DNA of 64,000 nucleotides. Origin: Bdellovibrionales bacterium (GTDB lineage Bacteria; Pseudomonadota; Alphaproteobacteria; UBA9219). The DNA is taken from positions 70,694 to 134,693 of the forward strand of contig JBAZNY010000002.1 in NCBI GenBank assembly GCA_041649025.1, given 5' to 3'. The notes below the pieces were generated by a model. It searched no databases, was not told the origin of the DNA, and was given only the letters and a program-made list of their open reading frames with translations. Of this stretch, positions 10,962 to 19,873 are shown in pieces. Position 1 is the first letter of the stretch, and every line of letters begins with the position of its first letter. The translations under genes were made by a program, and so were the position numbers.

Positions 10962-11156
10962 CTATTGAACCCTGAAAAGCGCAAAAAAGAGAACATAAAG
11001 CCAGCTGAACCAGCCATGAATGATCATCCAAAGAATGGAGTTGTTGACGCTATAAGACAAAATCATCGCCGCAACAGCGCCATAGCCAATCCCGTACTTT
11101 ATAAAAGCAGGGCCAAACGAGCCGAACCTGTGTTCTACGATATAAGTCATTGTCAC
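10962..11156 (-). CDS. small hydrophobic membrane protein
   Basis: 64 aa with two predicted hydrophobic helices (GIGYGAVAAMILSY and WMIIHGWFSWLYVLFFALF). Confidence 0.4.
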   Translation of the reverse strand: MTMTYIVEHRFGSFGPAFIKYGIGYGAVAAMILSYSVNNSILWMIIHGWFSWLYVLFFALFRVQ

Positions 11157-11179
11157 CTCCTAAGGGAAAAATGAAGCCG

Positions 11180-11929
11180 TTATATTACTAAGCCACGCTC
11201 GACGTTACGCAATGTCTTTCTGCGCGCTTTATAGTCGGGCATGGCTTGAGCAAGAAAATTCCAAAAACCGGCTGAATGGTTTTTGTGCCGGATATGGCTC
11301 AGCTCATGCGCCACGACATAGTCGAGGATCGGCAAGGGCGCCATAATGAGCCGCCAGTTTAACCGGATGGCGTTATCCCTGCTGCAGCTTCCCCACCGGC
11401 GCTCAGGGTTTGTGACGCTAAATTTCTTATATTTTACGTCCAGCTTTTTTGCCCAAAAGTCGAGCCGTTTCTGCATTTTCGTCCGCGCCCGTTTTTTAAT
11501 CCATATTAAAATTTCCAACCGGACTTCCTGCCACAAACTATCGGGCGACAGGCCTTCTTCCGCTATGTGCACATGCATGACTCGCGACGAAAGGCGGCAT
11601 GAGGAAGGCGCCGCCGCCCCTTCTGTAACCCGCAAGACACATGGATATCCGAGGTAAGAAAAAGACGCGCCGTCCTTAAATTCTGTTTTTCCGATTTCTT
11701 TCTTTCGCGCCGTTCGTTCGCGCATAATCCACGACGCCCGATAATGCAGGATCTTTTCTATCCTGCCGATAGGAGACGAATAGGGCGCCAGAACACGTAT
11801 GGTTCCATCGCACTCAATTCTAAAGGCTATCGTCCTTTTCCTTCTTTTCGATCTGGAAATGGAAAAAGGAACCTGCTCTCCGTTAAGAGTTATTAAGCCT
11901 GACTCGATGCTGGAAATCACTTTAGGCAT
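11180..11929 (-). CDS. YgjP-like (DUF45/M48-type) metal-dependent hydrolase
   Basis: A C-terminal HELSHIRHKNHS zinc motif (HExxH) sits in YgjP-like context. The start is taken at the internal Met (MPKVISS), because the upstream extension runs into a palindromic repeat. Confidence 0.7.
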   Translation of the reverse strand: MPKVISSIESGLITLNGEQVPFSISRSKRRKRTIAFRIECDGTIRVLAPYSSPIGRIEKILHYRASWIMRERTARKKEIGKTEFKDGASFSYLGYPCVLRVTEGAAAPSSCRLSSRVMHVHIAEEGLSPDSLWQEVRLEILIWIKKRARTKMQKRLDFWAKKLDVKYKKFSVTNPERRWGSCSRDNAIRLNWRLIMAPLPILDYVVAHELSHIRHKNHSAGFWNFLAQAMPDYKARRKTLRNVERGLVI

Positions 11930-12005
11930 ACCTAAGCATATCAAACAGAGCTTGGCTTTCCGAAGCAATTTTTCAAGAGGGTTTCCCACACTATTTCTAT
12001 CCCTA

Positions 12006-12034
12006 AGCCCTCTCCTGCCCAACAGGAGAGGGCT
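12006..12034. repeat. perfect 12-bp-stem palindrome
   Basis: agccctctcctg-cccaa-caggagagggct, read directly from the sequence in a divergent intergenic region. Confidence 0.8.
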
Positions 12035-12115
12035 TTGTTATGCGCCCGATAGGTGGTACTGAGGACTATTACAAGTCAGCGCATGAACTAGCCCGCGAAA
12101 AATGCGAGAGAGAAC

Positions 12116-12240
12116 TTCCCCTCCCCCCTGCGGGGAGGGTTAGGGAGGGGGGAGCTCAGCAGGAAAGGCGTTTCTTGATTCTGAACCGCACTGTCGGCGT
12201 CTCTCCCCCTCCCCTGACCCCTCCCGCGAGGGGAGGGGAA
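12116..12240. repeat. pair of inverted copies of a G/C-rich palindromic element (GGGGAGGGG family)
   Basis: ttcccctcccccctgcggggagggttagggaggggggag at 12116-12160 is the approximate reverse complement of ctccccctcccctgacccctcccgcgaggggaggggaa at about 12203-12240. The same element recurs at 54963-55066. Confidence 0.8.
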
Positions 12241-12315
12241 TATTTTTTCGCTTCACGAGTCGTTTCATGAGCAGATTAATATCATCGCTTCCACACCCCC
12301 TTAGAGGAGATTTCC

Positions 12316-12864
12316 ATGCCCGCCTTCAAAATCGCCGTTCTTGTCGGAAGCCTTAGGAAAGAGTCTTTCAACCGCAAGCTGGCCGATGCCCTTGCAGTTA
12401 TGGCGCCGCCCGATTTTTCGTTCAAGCAACTGCAAATCGGGGATTTGCCTCTTTACAATCAGGATGACGATTCAAATCAGGCGCCTTCCGTTAAACGCCT
12501 GAAAAAAGAAATTCAGGACTCTCAGGGCGTTTTGTTCGTCACGCCGGAATATAACCGCTCGGTTTCCGGCGTTCTTAAAAACGCCATTGACCACGCCTCG
12601 CGCCCCTATGGGCAAAGCGCATGGGCGCACAAGCCTGCCGCAGTCATCGGCGTGTCGCCGGGGGCAGTCGGAACAGCAGTCGCGCAGCAACACCTGCGCA
12701 ACATTCTCGTCACGATCAACATGCCGACGCTTGCCGCGCCGGAAGCTTTTATTCAGGCGACAGATGCCCTGTTCGACGCGTCGGGAAACATCGGCGAAGG
12801 CAGCAAAAAGTTCCTTGAAAAATGGATGAGTGCCTACGTCGCGTGGATTAAAAAGAACGCTTGA
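12316..12864 (+). CDS. NAD(P)H-dependent FMN reductase (ChrR/YieF-like)
   Basis: KIAVLVGSLRKESFNRKLA and LFVTPEYNRSVSGVLKNAIDHASRP are typical of the FMN_red family. Confidence 0.8.
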   Translation: MPAFKIAVLVGSLRKESFNRKLADALAVMAPPDFSFKQLQIGDLPLYNQDDDSNQAPSVKRLKKEIQDSQGVLFVTPEYNRSVSGVLKNAIDHASRPYGQSAWAHKPAAVIGVSPGAVGTAVAQQHLRNILVTINMPTLAAPEAFIQATDALFDASGNIGEGSKKFLEKWMSAYVAWIKKNA

Positions 12865-12869
12865 TCCCC

Positions 12870-13430
12870 TTACGAATCCAATCGCCATAACTCAAGCCTC
12901 CAGGTTTTCCAAAGTGGCGTTGGATAGCTCTTGGAGTCGGGGTATCTTTCGCGATTTTTTTTCACGATCTCAATATACGTTTTGATCTTCACATGCATGT
13001 TATCAGAAGCTTCTTTTCTTATGCCTTCGGCATTAGGAGCTATTTTCCCATCCGAGTAGAATTGTGAAGAAATAATGTTTTGTGGATAGAAAGCTTCATT
13101 CACCGAATGGGCATACCACCCGAGAACAAGAGCCGAAACGGCAAGCCCGGAACCCAAAAAAATCAAACGCTGCTCGCCCGTAGCGGACATCCCCCCTGCC
13201 AAAAGAGCCGCGGCAGTGATAATCCCGACTGTAAATCCTGCAACACCTTTTAGGCCTAAAGGCTTTACTACCTCATCCGCAGCGGCGCAAAAAGCTCCGG
13301 CAACAGTCTCCAAAGCCTTTTCTTTGGAAAGGCCTAACTTTTCCAACTCTTCCCGATAACCATATTGCGTCAAAAACTTATAAAGATTATCGCCTTGCTC
13401 GGCTTGTCCCAGATTAAAAAGAGCCCCCAT
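12870..13430 (-). CDS. hypothetical membrane protein
   Basis: 186 aa ORF with a central hydrophobic segment (GFTVGIITAAALLAGG...LGSGLAVSALVLGWY). No recognised motif. Confidence 0.4.
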   Translation of the reverse strand: MGALFNLGQAEQGDNLYKFLTQYGYREELEKLGLSKEKALETVAGAFCAAADEVVKPLGLKGVAGFTVGIITAAALLAGGMSATGEQRLIFLGSGLAVSALVLGWYAHSVNEAFYPQNIISSQFYSDGKIAPNAEGIRKEASDNMHVKIKTYIEIVKKNRERYPDSKSYPTPLWKTWRLELWRLDS

Positions 13431-13583
13431 ATCAATCTCCTTAAAATAATTTCCAAAAATTCTAATATAAAAAACATGGGCTGTCTCTATACCTTTTTAC
13501 AAAAAAACGCTTAAAAATAAGGGCTTGTTTGCAAGAACTAATAATTCTAATTTCCACCAATTCATATTTCTGGAGATACTCAC

Positions 13584-14354
13584 GTGCACGACGTTCCCGA
13601 TGACCATCCCCGCGCCGCCTCTTTGCGCTTACGACACGCTATCGCAGAGCATCACGCGACGGGGCTTGTCGCGGAAACGGGACCCATCGCGCACGGGCGC
13701 GGCGAAGCGTTCGATTACATATTGGGCGAGGCAACCCCTGCCCCCGTTTTGGACGACATCACATCGGCGGCGGCGCTTCTGCTTCAAGCAAAATATCCCG
13801 TCATCAGCGTCAACGGAAACACGGCGGCTCTTGCGCCGGAGTCTCTTATCGCCTTGGCGGACACAATTCCGGCCAAGCTGGAGGTCAACGTTTTCTATGG
13901 CCGGACGGCGAACCGCGAAAAAATGATCGCGGAGTTTCTTCAGTCGCACGGAGCGAAGGACGTGCTAGGCGTCAATGCAAAGGCGCGCGTTCCGCACCTG
14001 ACGTCAGCGCGCGCCAGCGTGGACAAGGACGGCATCGCCAAAGCCGACGTCGTGATCGTTCCCCTTGAGGACGGCGACAGGACGGAAGCCCTTATCGCGT
14101 GGGGAAAGAAAGTCATTTCCATCGACCTTAACCCCCTGTCGCGCACGGCGCAGGCCGCAACCATCAACATCTGCGATAACGTCACGCGCGCGCTGCCCTT
14201 GCTGGCAAAAGCCGTCGAAGAACTCAGGGGCAATGAGCGGGAAATCGCCAAGCGCGTCAAAGGCATCGATAACGCATTGACAAGCGCGCGAGTCCTTGCC
14301 TTCATGCGGGAACGGCTCGCCACATTAGAAAAACAGCTTTGCCGTAAACGCTGA
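13584..14354 (+). CDS. archaeal-type phosphopantothenate synthetase homologue (COG1701 / 4-phosphopantoate--beta-alanine ligase family)
   Basis: A GTG start, then HPRAASLRLRH, IAHGRGEAFDYILGE, PVISVNGNTAALAP, LEVNVFYGRT, VIVPLEDGDRTEALI and SIDLNPLSRTAQAA. As I recall them, these are the hallmark blocks of the archaeal PPS family. Confidence 0.75.
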   Translation: MHDVPDDHPRAASLRLRHAIAEHHATGLVAETGPIAHGRGEAFDYILGEATPAPVLDDITSAAALLLQAKYPVISVNGNTAALAPESLIALADTIPAKLEVNVFYGRTANREKMIAEFLQSHGAKDVLGVNAKARVPHLTSARASVDKDGIAKADVVIVPLEDGDRTEALIAWGKKVISIDLNPLSRTAQAATINICDNVTRALPLLAKAVEELRGNEREIAKRVKGIDNALTSARVLAFMRERLATLEKQLCRKR

Positions 14355-14372
14355 AAACAAAGGGAATTGCAA

Positions 14373-15185
14373 ATGCTTTTAGCCCTGGACGTCGGAAACA
14401 CGAATGTCGCGATGGGATTTTATCGCGGGCGCGGCAAGGACGCCAAGCTTGTCGCGGATTGGCGCCTCAGCACCATCAGAACCCGCACGGCGGACGAATA
14501 CGGCGCGGTCGTGCTTGGCTTTCTGATTTCAAGCGGCCTGAAATTGGAAGACGTCAAACACGTCGCCATTTCGAGCGTCGTGCCGCAGACCAACAGAGAC
14601 CTGACCGAATTCTCCCGCCGCTATTTTCATACCGAGCCGTTTTTTGCCACCGCCGATGCGGATTTGGGCATGAAGATACGCTACAACACGCCGCCCGCCG
14701 TCGGGGCCGACCGCATATGCAACGCAGTGGGCGCTTTCCATAAATACGGCGGCCCTTTGATCATCATCGACTATGGTACGGCGACAACGTTCTGCGCCAT
14801 CGCCAAAAACGGCGATTATCTGGGCGGCGCTATCGCCCCGGGCATCAACATTTCTATGAACGCTCTGTTTCAAAGCGCGGCAAGGCTTTATCCCGTCGAG
14901 TTCAAAACGCCGCCTGCGGCCATCGGCAAAAACACCATCCACTCCATGCAAAGCGGCGCGGTTTTCGGCTTTGCCGGACAAACGGATGCTTTGGTCAGAC
15001 GCATTCAAAAAGAGCTTGGCGGAAAAAAGGCCAAGGTCATTGCGGCCGGAGGGCTTGCCACGCTCATTAAGCACGAAAGCGAAACCATCGACGTCGTCGA
15101 TCAAATGATCACGCTGGAGGGCCTTCGGATTTTGTTCGAGCGGCACACGGAAAAAGCCGCCAAAAAGAAGCAGAAAAAGAAATAA
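14373..15185 (+). CDS. coaX: type III pantothenate kinase
   Basis: MLLALDVGNTN, IIIDYGTATTF and GGLA motifs are present. The ATG at 14373 is preferred over the TTG at 14367. The tail is lysine-rich. Confidence 0.9.
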   Translation: MLLALDVGNTNVAMGFYRGRGKDAKLVADWRLSTIRTRTADEYGAVVLGFLISSGLKLEDVKHVAISSVVPQTNRDLTEFSRRYFHTEPFFATADADLGMKIRYNTPPAVGADRICNAVGAFHKYGGPLIIIDYGTATTFCAIAKNGDYLGGAIAPGINISMNALFQSAARLYPVEFKTPPAAIGKNTIHSMQSGAVFGFAGQTDALVRRIQKELGGKKAKVIAAGGLATLIKHESETIDVVDQMITLEGLRILFERHTEKAAKKKQKKK

Positions 15186-15338
15186 CCCCCTTTAGATTAA
15201 GCCTTTTACAAGGCTCGACTCTGCCTTTAAGTCTGATATAAAGGCCGAACTCGATCTGCCCCCTGTTTGGATATAAGGAGCGAGCGCGTATTTTTTGCTT
15301 GATAGCCAAAAGCAGAAAATGTTTATTATCAATGGATT

Positions 15339-15432
15339 GGAGACGTGGCCGAGTGGCTGAAGGCGGCGGTTTGCTAAACCGTTATACGTTTGAAAAGATG
15401 TATCGAGGGTTCGAATCCCTCCGTCTCCGCCA
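15339..15432 (+). tRNA. tRNA-Ser (anticodon GCU)
   Basis: Acceptor ggagacg/cgtctcc, anticodon loop ttGCTaa, a long variable arm, T-arm gaggg-ttcgaat-ccctc and an encoded CCA. Confidence 0.9.
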
Positions 15433-15478
15433 ATTACCTTTTGTCCGACCCGGACACATGGGTAACAGAACGTACCGG

Positions 15479-16028
15479 CTACATAGGTGACACCCGCGAG
15501 CCAAACGGGTTGTCCAGGGGTTGCAAGATCTTCTCCTCCAAGTCGATATAACCTGGATCATAATCCATAAAACTGACAAGCCAAGTGCCTTCTTCGACCT
15601 CTTTGAGGCCGACAGCTTGTCCTGCGAACACGGTCGATAAATTGATTTTTTTTGCGGTGTAAACAGATCCGACCACAATGGGTAACGTTCGCGCTCAGGT
15701 CGTGGAGAGGATACACAAGTTCTGGAAGACCAGTATACACGCGTGGGGAAGGTTTATAAATCTCGGCCGGATACTTCATGCCCAAGGCTTCATGCGGACG
15801 GTCGTTGTTGTATTCTTCGATGAAGTCATCGAACTTGGCTTGCTGTTGGAAGATATTCTCTCCGGGTGGACGCGTAGCTTCTTTCTTCAGCGTCAGATGC
15901 ATGCGTTCATGGCGACCATTCTGTTGAGGATGTGCGCAAATACTGCTCATCCCGCGCTCGTGAGCCAACACAAAGCAAATATTTTTGGGCCGATCTCGCA
16001 ATTTCAGTGTTTGCGGCAATAATCTCAT
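15479..16028 (-). pseudogene. IS481-like DDE transposase remnant (N-terminally truncated and frameshifted)
   Basis: Two overlapping frames carry HPQQNGRHERMH (P-Q-x-N-G-x-x-E-R motif), NNDRPHEALGMKYP and the C-terminal LAGQAVGLKEVEEGTWLVSF. There is no N-terminal HTH or catalytic DD region. Confidence 0.75.
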
Positions 16029-16494
16029 GCGCAGATGTTAGCAGACGAAGCGTTTTGCCTTTTGCGGGCTGCTGGACAAGCGCGCTCGGTTCGAGCTTAA
16101 AAAAAGCTGCAAGGGCAGCAAGCGTTCCTGCGCGGCAACTATAGTTTGGATTGCTTTCCAGATTGCGAATAGTTTTTAAAGAAATTCCGGTTAGATCAGA
16201 TAGCCTTTCCTGCGAAATACCGCTGAGTTTGCGGTATCGCTTTATTTCAATGAAGCTTGGTTTGATTTTTCCGTCGTCTTTAATGACAAGCTCAGGAGCT
16301 AATTGATCTTGAGTATCTTTTTCGCGCTTATGTTGACGCGCAATGTCCGTAAGCATTGAAAAAGATTCTTCTTCACCAAAATCGCCGTTTTTAAAAACCT
16401 CCTTCTGGTTTTCAACACTGGCCCCTTGGTCCAACGGCTCTCGAAGCAAACTCCGGTTCCCCTGTACCATGACTTGCCACACCGCCCCGCGCAC
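15907..16494 (-). CDS. XRE-family HTH protein, apparently 3'-disrupted by the IS remnant (start uncertain)
   Basis: HTH segment LSGISQERLSDLTGISLKTIRNLESN. The ORF runs out of frame into the transposase fragment. It is paralogous in type to 28694-29344 and 30192-30857. Confidence 0.4.
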   Translation of the reverse strand: MRGAVWQVMVQGNRSLLREPLDQGASVENQKEVFKNGDFGEEESFSMLTDIARQHKREKDTQDQLAPELVIKDDGKIKPSFIEIKRYRKLSGISQERLSDLTGISLKTIRNLESNPNYSCRAGTLAALAAFFKLEPSALVQQPAKGKTLRLLTSAHEIIAANTEIARSAQKYLLCVGSRARDEQYLRTSSTEWSP

Positions 16495-16771
16495 AGATTA
16501 AAACCTTGCCAAAACCTTGCACCGCAGCATGCATACTCCATAACATACCTGCGTGTTTTTGGGAACGGGGGCAAACCAACCAAGAAAATCGCTATTTTCC
16601 ATGTATTCTTGATTGCTTCTTTACCTACTTCAAATAGGTCTATCGGTTAAAAACACAGCTTTCAGAAGAGAAAATCGGATGCACAGACATATCCAATAGC
16701 CGAACATCTTAATCTCCTACTAACTATAGGTTCGTCTTTTAAACTCCCATTTCAAGTTCTTTGCTCAGATT

Positions 16772-17245
16772 TTAATTCCACCCAATTTCACAGTATGGCT
16801 TCGGAGAAAGCGATCTGGCGATTCCTTCACGAACATAAGGAACCATGTTCTTGGGGAGCTTATTTACAGGGAAGAAGCGCAAGCCTCCGCATTTGTGAGG
16901 CTCCTTATTACAAATCTCGTTTTTCCATTTCTTGCAGACATAAAAGAGGTCGATTGACTCCCGATCAGGCGAAAAGCGATGAACAATACAAGAAAAGGCC
17001 ATGTCCTTCGGGCGAACAACAATGTCCGCTTCTTCAAAGGCTTCCCGAACCATCGCCGCCGTTGAGCTTTCTCCCCCATCAAGATGTCCCGCGATGACAC
17101 TATAGCTTCCGTCGCAGAAGCCTGTGTTCTGCCGAAGGAGAAGCAGAACCTCTTTTCCCTTAAGCAAAACCAAATGAACGGCAACAGGCATTTCAAAATG
17201 CTTAGACGGAGATTTCTTTTTGGCTTTGCCAACGATCTTACTCAT
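16772..17245 (-). CDS. Nudix hydrolase
   Basis: The Nudix box GHLDGGESSTAAMVREAFEEADI fits Gx5Ex7REuxEExxu. The start is taken at MSKIVGK, which makes an ATGA overlap with the upstream gene stop at 17242-17245. Confidence 0.8.
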   Translation of the reverse strand: MSKIVGKAKKKSPSKHFEMPVAVHLVLLKGKEVLLLLRQNTGFCDGSYSVIAGHLDGGESSTAAMVREAFEEADIVVRPKDMAFSCIVHRFSPDRESIDLFYVCKKWKNEICNKEPHKCGGLRFFPVNKLPKNMVPYVREGIARSLSPKPYCEIGWN

Positions 17246-18225
17246 GACTTCCCCCTGAACTTTTTCGCGAAGCTGTCCGTCGCTCTCACCGTCGCATCCA
17301 AAATGCCCGGATCGTTGTAAACGTGCGCAGCAACCTCCACCATGACCCATTGTGAAGAAGGCCAATTCTTGTGGAGTTCCCATGCCGTCGTCGCTGGGCA
17401 TACGGCATCGTAGCGTCCTTGAATAATTATGCCGGGAATGTTCTTCAGCTTTTTGGCCCCCTTAATAAGAGCACCTTCCTTCATAAATCCCGCGTTCAGG
17501 AAGTAATGGTTCTCAATAGCGGCGAAAGCTAACGCGAATTTATCTCTGGATTTATCGATAGTGTATTCCCCCTTCGGGATAAGGCACATCGCATCGCCTT
17601 CCCAGTCAGACCATGCCCGCGCAGCTTCAATTCTTGTTGCCCGCTTCTTTGAGGCCAATCTTTTCCGATAGGATTTCATAATGTCTTTTTGCTCGGCACG
17701 CGAAAGGATGCCGATAAAGCGATCCCAAGCTTCTGGAAACAGATAAGAAGCGCCCTCCTGATAAAACCACTTCAGCTCTTTCTTTCTGAGCATAAAGGTG
17801 CCTCTTAATATCAGACCGAGTACATTGCGCGGATACCGCTCAGCATAAGCCAAGGCAAGAGTGCTTCCCCATGAGCCTCCCAACATGATCCATCGATTAA
17901 TCCCCAAAAGATGGCGAAGCTTCTCAATATCGGCGACAAGATGCTGTGTTGTGTTTGCCTTCAAACATGTATGAGGGGTGCTGCGCCCACAGCCGCGTTG
18001 ATCAAATAGAATTATCCGATACTTCTTTGGATCAAATAAGCGCCGATGGTCTTTACCGCAGCCGCCGCCAGGCCCACCATGTATAAAGAGAGCTGGAATT
18101 CCGTTCGGATTGCCGCACGTCTCCCAATAAATCTTGTGTCCGTCCCCCACGGAAAGCATGCCGTGATCGTAGGGTTCGATGGAAGGAAAGAAGGAACGCA
18201 AAGATGGGGTTTTATGGGAATTCAT
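17242..18225 (-). CDS. prolyl-aminopeptidase-family (S33) alpha/beta hydrolase
   Basis: YWETCGNPNGIPALFIHGGPGGG, FDQRGCGRS and the nucleophile elbow GGSWGSTLALAYAERYP. The start is taken at MNSHKT, giving an ATGA overlap at 18222-18225. Confidence 0.8.
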   Translation of the reverse strand: MNSHKTPSLRSFFPSIEPYDHGMLSVGDGHKIYWETCGNPNGIPALFIHGGPGGGCGKDHRRLFDPKKYRIILFDQRGCGRSTPHTCLKANTTQHLVADIEKLRHLLGINRWIMLGGSWGSTLALAYAERYPRNVLGLILRGTFMLRKKELKWFYQEGASYLFPEAWDRFIGILSRAEQKDIMKSYRKRLASKKRATRIEAARAWSDWEGDAMCLIPKGEYTIDKSRDKFALAFAAIENHYFLNAGFMKEGALIKGAKKLKNIPGIIIQGRYDAVCPATTAWELHKNWPSSQWVMVEVAAHVYNDPGILDATVRATDSFAKKFRGKS

Positions 18226-18773
18226 GGCGATGGAGCATCCTTTTTTAAACCAATGTGAAAAGCGCGGGAGGGTTCTTTCATGAACTTTGAAACTTCTGGA
18301 TCGCTGTGACAACTATAACCGGCATCATATGTTTTTGCATGCCCCATGTTGCACCAGAAAGAAATCTGGCCTATCCGCATCATCGGATAAACCCTAAAGG
18401 GATGAGCTGACACGATTTCCAGCGTCCACTGGTGACAAGAGCCGGTGTGCCCAAGGTTTGCAGAAATCTGTAAAAACAAGCCGAGCCGCCCCAGAGAGCT
18501 GCGTCCGATTAAGGACATTGCGTATTCTTTGCTGCCCAGAGTCTCATGGGTATGTCCCAGATAGACCGTGTGAGGCTCTAGGACATAGCCCTCCTCAGGA
18601 ATTTTTATCTCTTTGAATCCATAAAGGCGTTCTTCGTCATATTCGGGAACAAGAAGCTTCGGCCCAAGCCTATAGTTATAGCTGTTGGGATTGATTTGAT
18701 CGTCGTTGAACGGAACAATCGTAATATCGCCCGCATCGACCATCTTCTTAATTTCTGTTCCCGTCAAAATCAT
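18222..18773 (-). CDS. dCTP deaminase/dUTPase-fold protein, divergent copy 1
   Basis: MILTGTEI, NPNSYNYRLG, GRSSLGRLGLFL and WTLEI. The Glu equivalent to E. coli Dcd E138 is retained, and DPGW is replaced by HTGS. Confidence 0.7.
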   Translation of the reverse strand: MILTGTEIKKMVDAGDITIVPFNDDQINPNSYNYRLGPKLLVPEYDEERLYGFKEIKIPEEGYVLEPHTVYLGHTHETLGSKEYAMSLIGRSSLGRLGLFLQISANLGHTGSCHQWTLEIVSAHPFRVYPMMRIGQISFWCNMGHAKTYDAGYSCHSDPEVSKFMKEPSRAFHIGLKKDAPSP

Positions 18774-18778
18774 ACTAG

Positions 18779-19870
18779 TTACGCAAAATCCACGGCAAGT
18801 TTTGTAAGTCTCTTATTAAGTATCGCCCTGTCAGGCCCCATTTTTTCTTTCAAATCTTGATAAGAGGAAACGTATGCCGCGATTAAGCCGCCAGCGCTTT
18901 TAGATGCCGTTCCGAAGCAGACCTTTTCCATCTGTTTTGATGCGCGCTCAAGATCGGCTGGCGTTGACATCGTGCGAGGCAATAGCTCGGCGATGCCCTG
19001 AAGATAACTGCGCAAAACCCGTCCGCGCCCGTCCGCAACGGGTTTTATTCCCGATCTCATAATGAAAGTGCTTGCAGCAACGGCATCCGCGATTTTCAAT
19101 TCGTCGTTGGTTTCAGTCGGCAGAAATTCTGCGATAGGAGCTGCATGAATGGGGGTCGGCAGCCCCGTCATTCTGCTGATTGCCGTCTCCACCCCGAAAG
19201 CCATTTCCACCCCAAGCTTTCGTTCACCAGCTTCGATGATGATAATATTTCCAATATCCCCGTACTCCTCGGAATATGGCCCTTTGATTGCAATGTTGCA
19301 GTTTCGCCCCGTTATGCCGTCAATGCCAAATTTATGCGTGTAGTAAACGGGTTCTTTCGTGTCGAACACCAAATACTGGTCGAGCCCAAGGTTTTTCCAG
19401 AAATCAACCAGATCAACGTCCGAGCTGGCGATATGAATCTTGATGGTGTTTGGGTTCAAACACAGCCGTTCCGTCAAAAACTGCCAGAAAAGTTTGGATA
19501 CTTTTTCGACATCATCATATTGCGACAGCGTCCCTGTGCTGAGAAACATGGATGACCAGTTGGGCACATAATTATTGTCTTGAATTCGCCTGGAGTTTTG
19601 CGTCCGCAAACAATCTTGAACCATAAACAGGCCGTTAGGAGGAATGCTCCCGCTAAGAAGAACCGGCTTCAAAGTGCTTATCGTTGAGCCGGTAAAAAGA
19701 ACAGAAGCATCATCCTTAGGAACTAATTTTCCGGCAGGAGCTTGTGAAAACCCATTCTCCAGAAAGAATGACTGAAAATGTGTCGAGAACTCGTTTCTCA
19801 ATCTGCGCAATATCGTTTTGTCGTCGTAATCCTCTATCGCGCGCGTTAGAAGGGAATTATAGTTTGTCAT
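18779..19870 (-). CDS. stand-alone AlaRS catalytic-core-like protein (class IIc aaRS paralogue)
   Basis: 363 aa, collinear by eye with the AlaRS N-terminal domain: FQSFFLENGF.. (vs [10 protein letters not shown]), LVPKDDASVLFTGSTI (vs [16 protein letters not shown]), QDCLRTQN (vs QKSVRAGG), and VEMAFGVETAISRMTG (vs [16 protein letters not shown] in the alaS of this window). No tRNA-recognition, editing or C-Ala domains. Confidence 0.6.
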   Translation of the reverse strand: MTNYNSLLTRAIEDYDDKTILRRLRNEFSTHFQSFFLENGFSQAPAGKLVPKDDASVLFTGSTISTLKPVLLSGSIPPNGLFMVQDCLRTQNSRRIQDNNYVPNWSSMFLSTGTLSQYDDVEKVSKLFWQFLTERLCLNPNTIKIHIASSDVDLVDFWKNLGLDQYLVFDTKEPVYYTHKFGIDGITGRNCNIAIKGPYSEEYGDIGNIIIIEAGERKLGVEMAFGVETAISRMTGLPTPIHAAPIAEFLPTETNDELKIADAVAASTFIMRSGIKPVADGRGRVLRSYLQGIAELLPRTMSTPADLERASKQMEKVCFGTASKSAGGLIAAYVSSYQDLKEKMGPDRAILNKRLTKLAVDFA

Positions 19871-19873
19871 AAT

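Noticed and set aside
12040-12270. A 76 aa ORF (and the 54279-54653 and 62392-62860 ORFs) encoding PPAGRVREGG- or IPAFAGMT-like peptides.
   Set aside because: The translations derive entirely from palindromic repeat elements. The same DNA is repeated in non-coding contexts, so these are repeat artefacts rather than genes.
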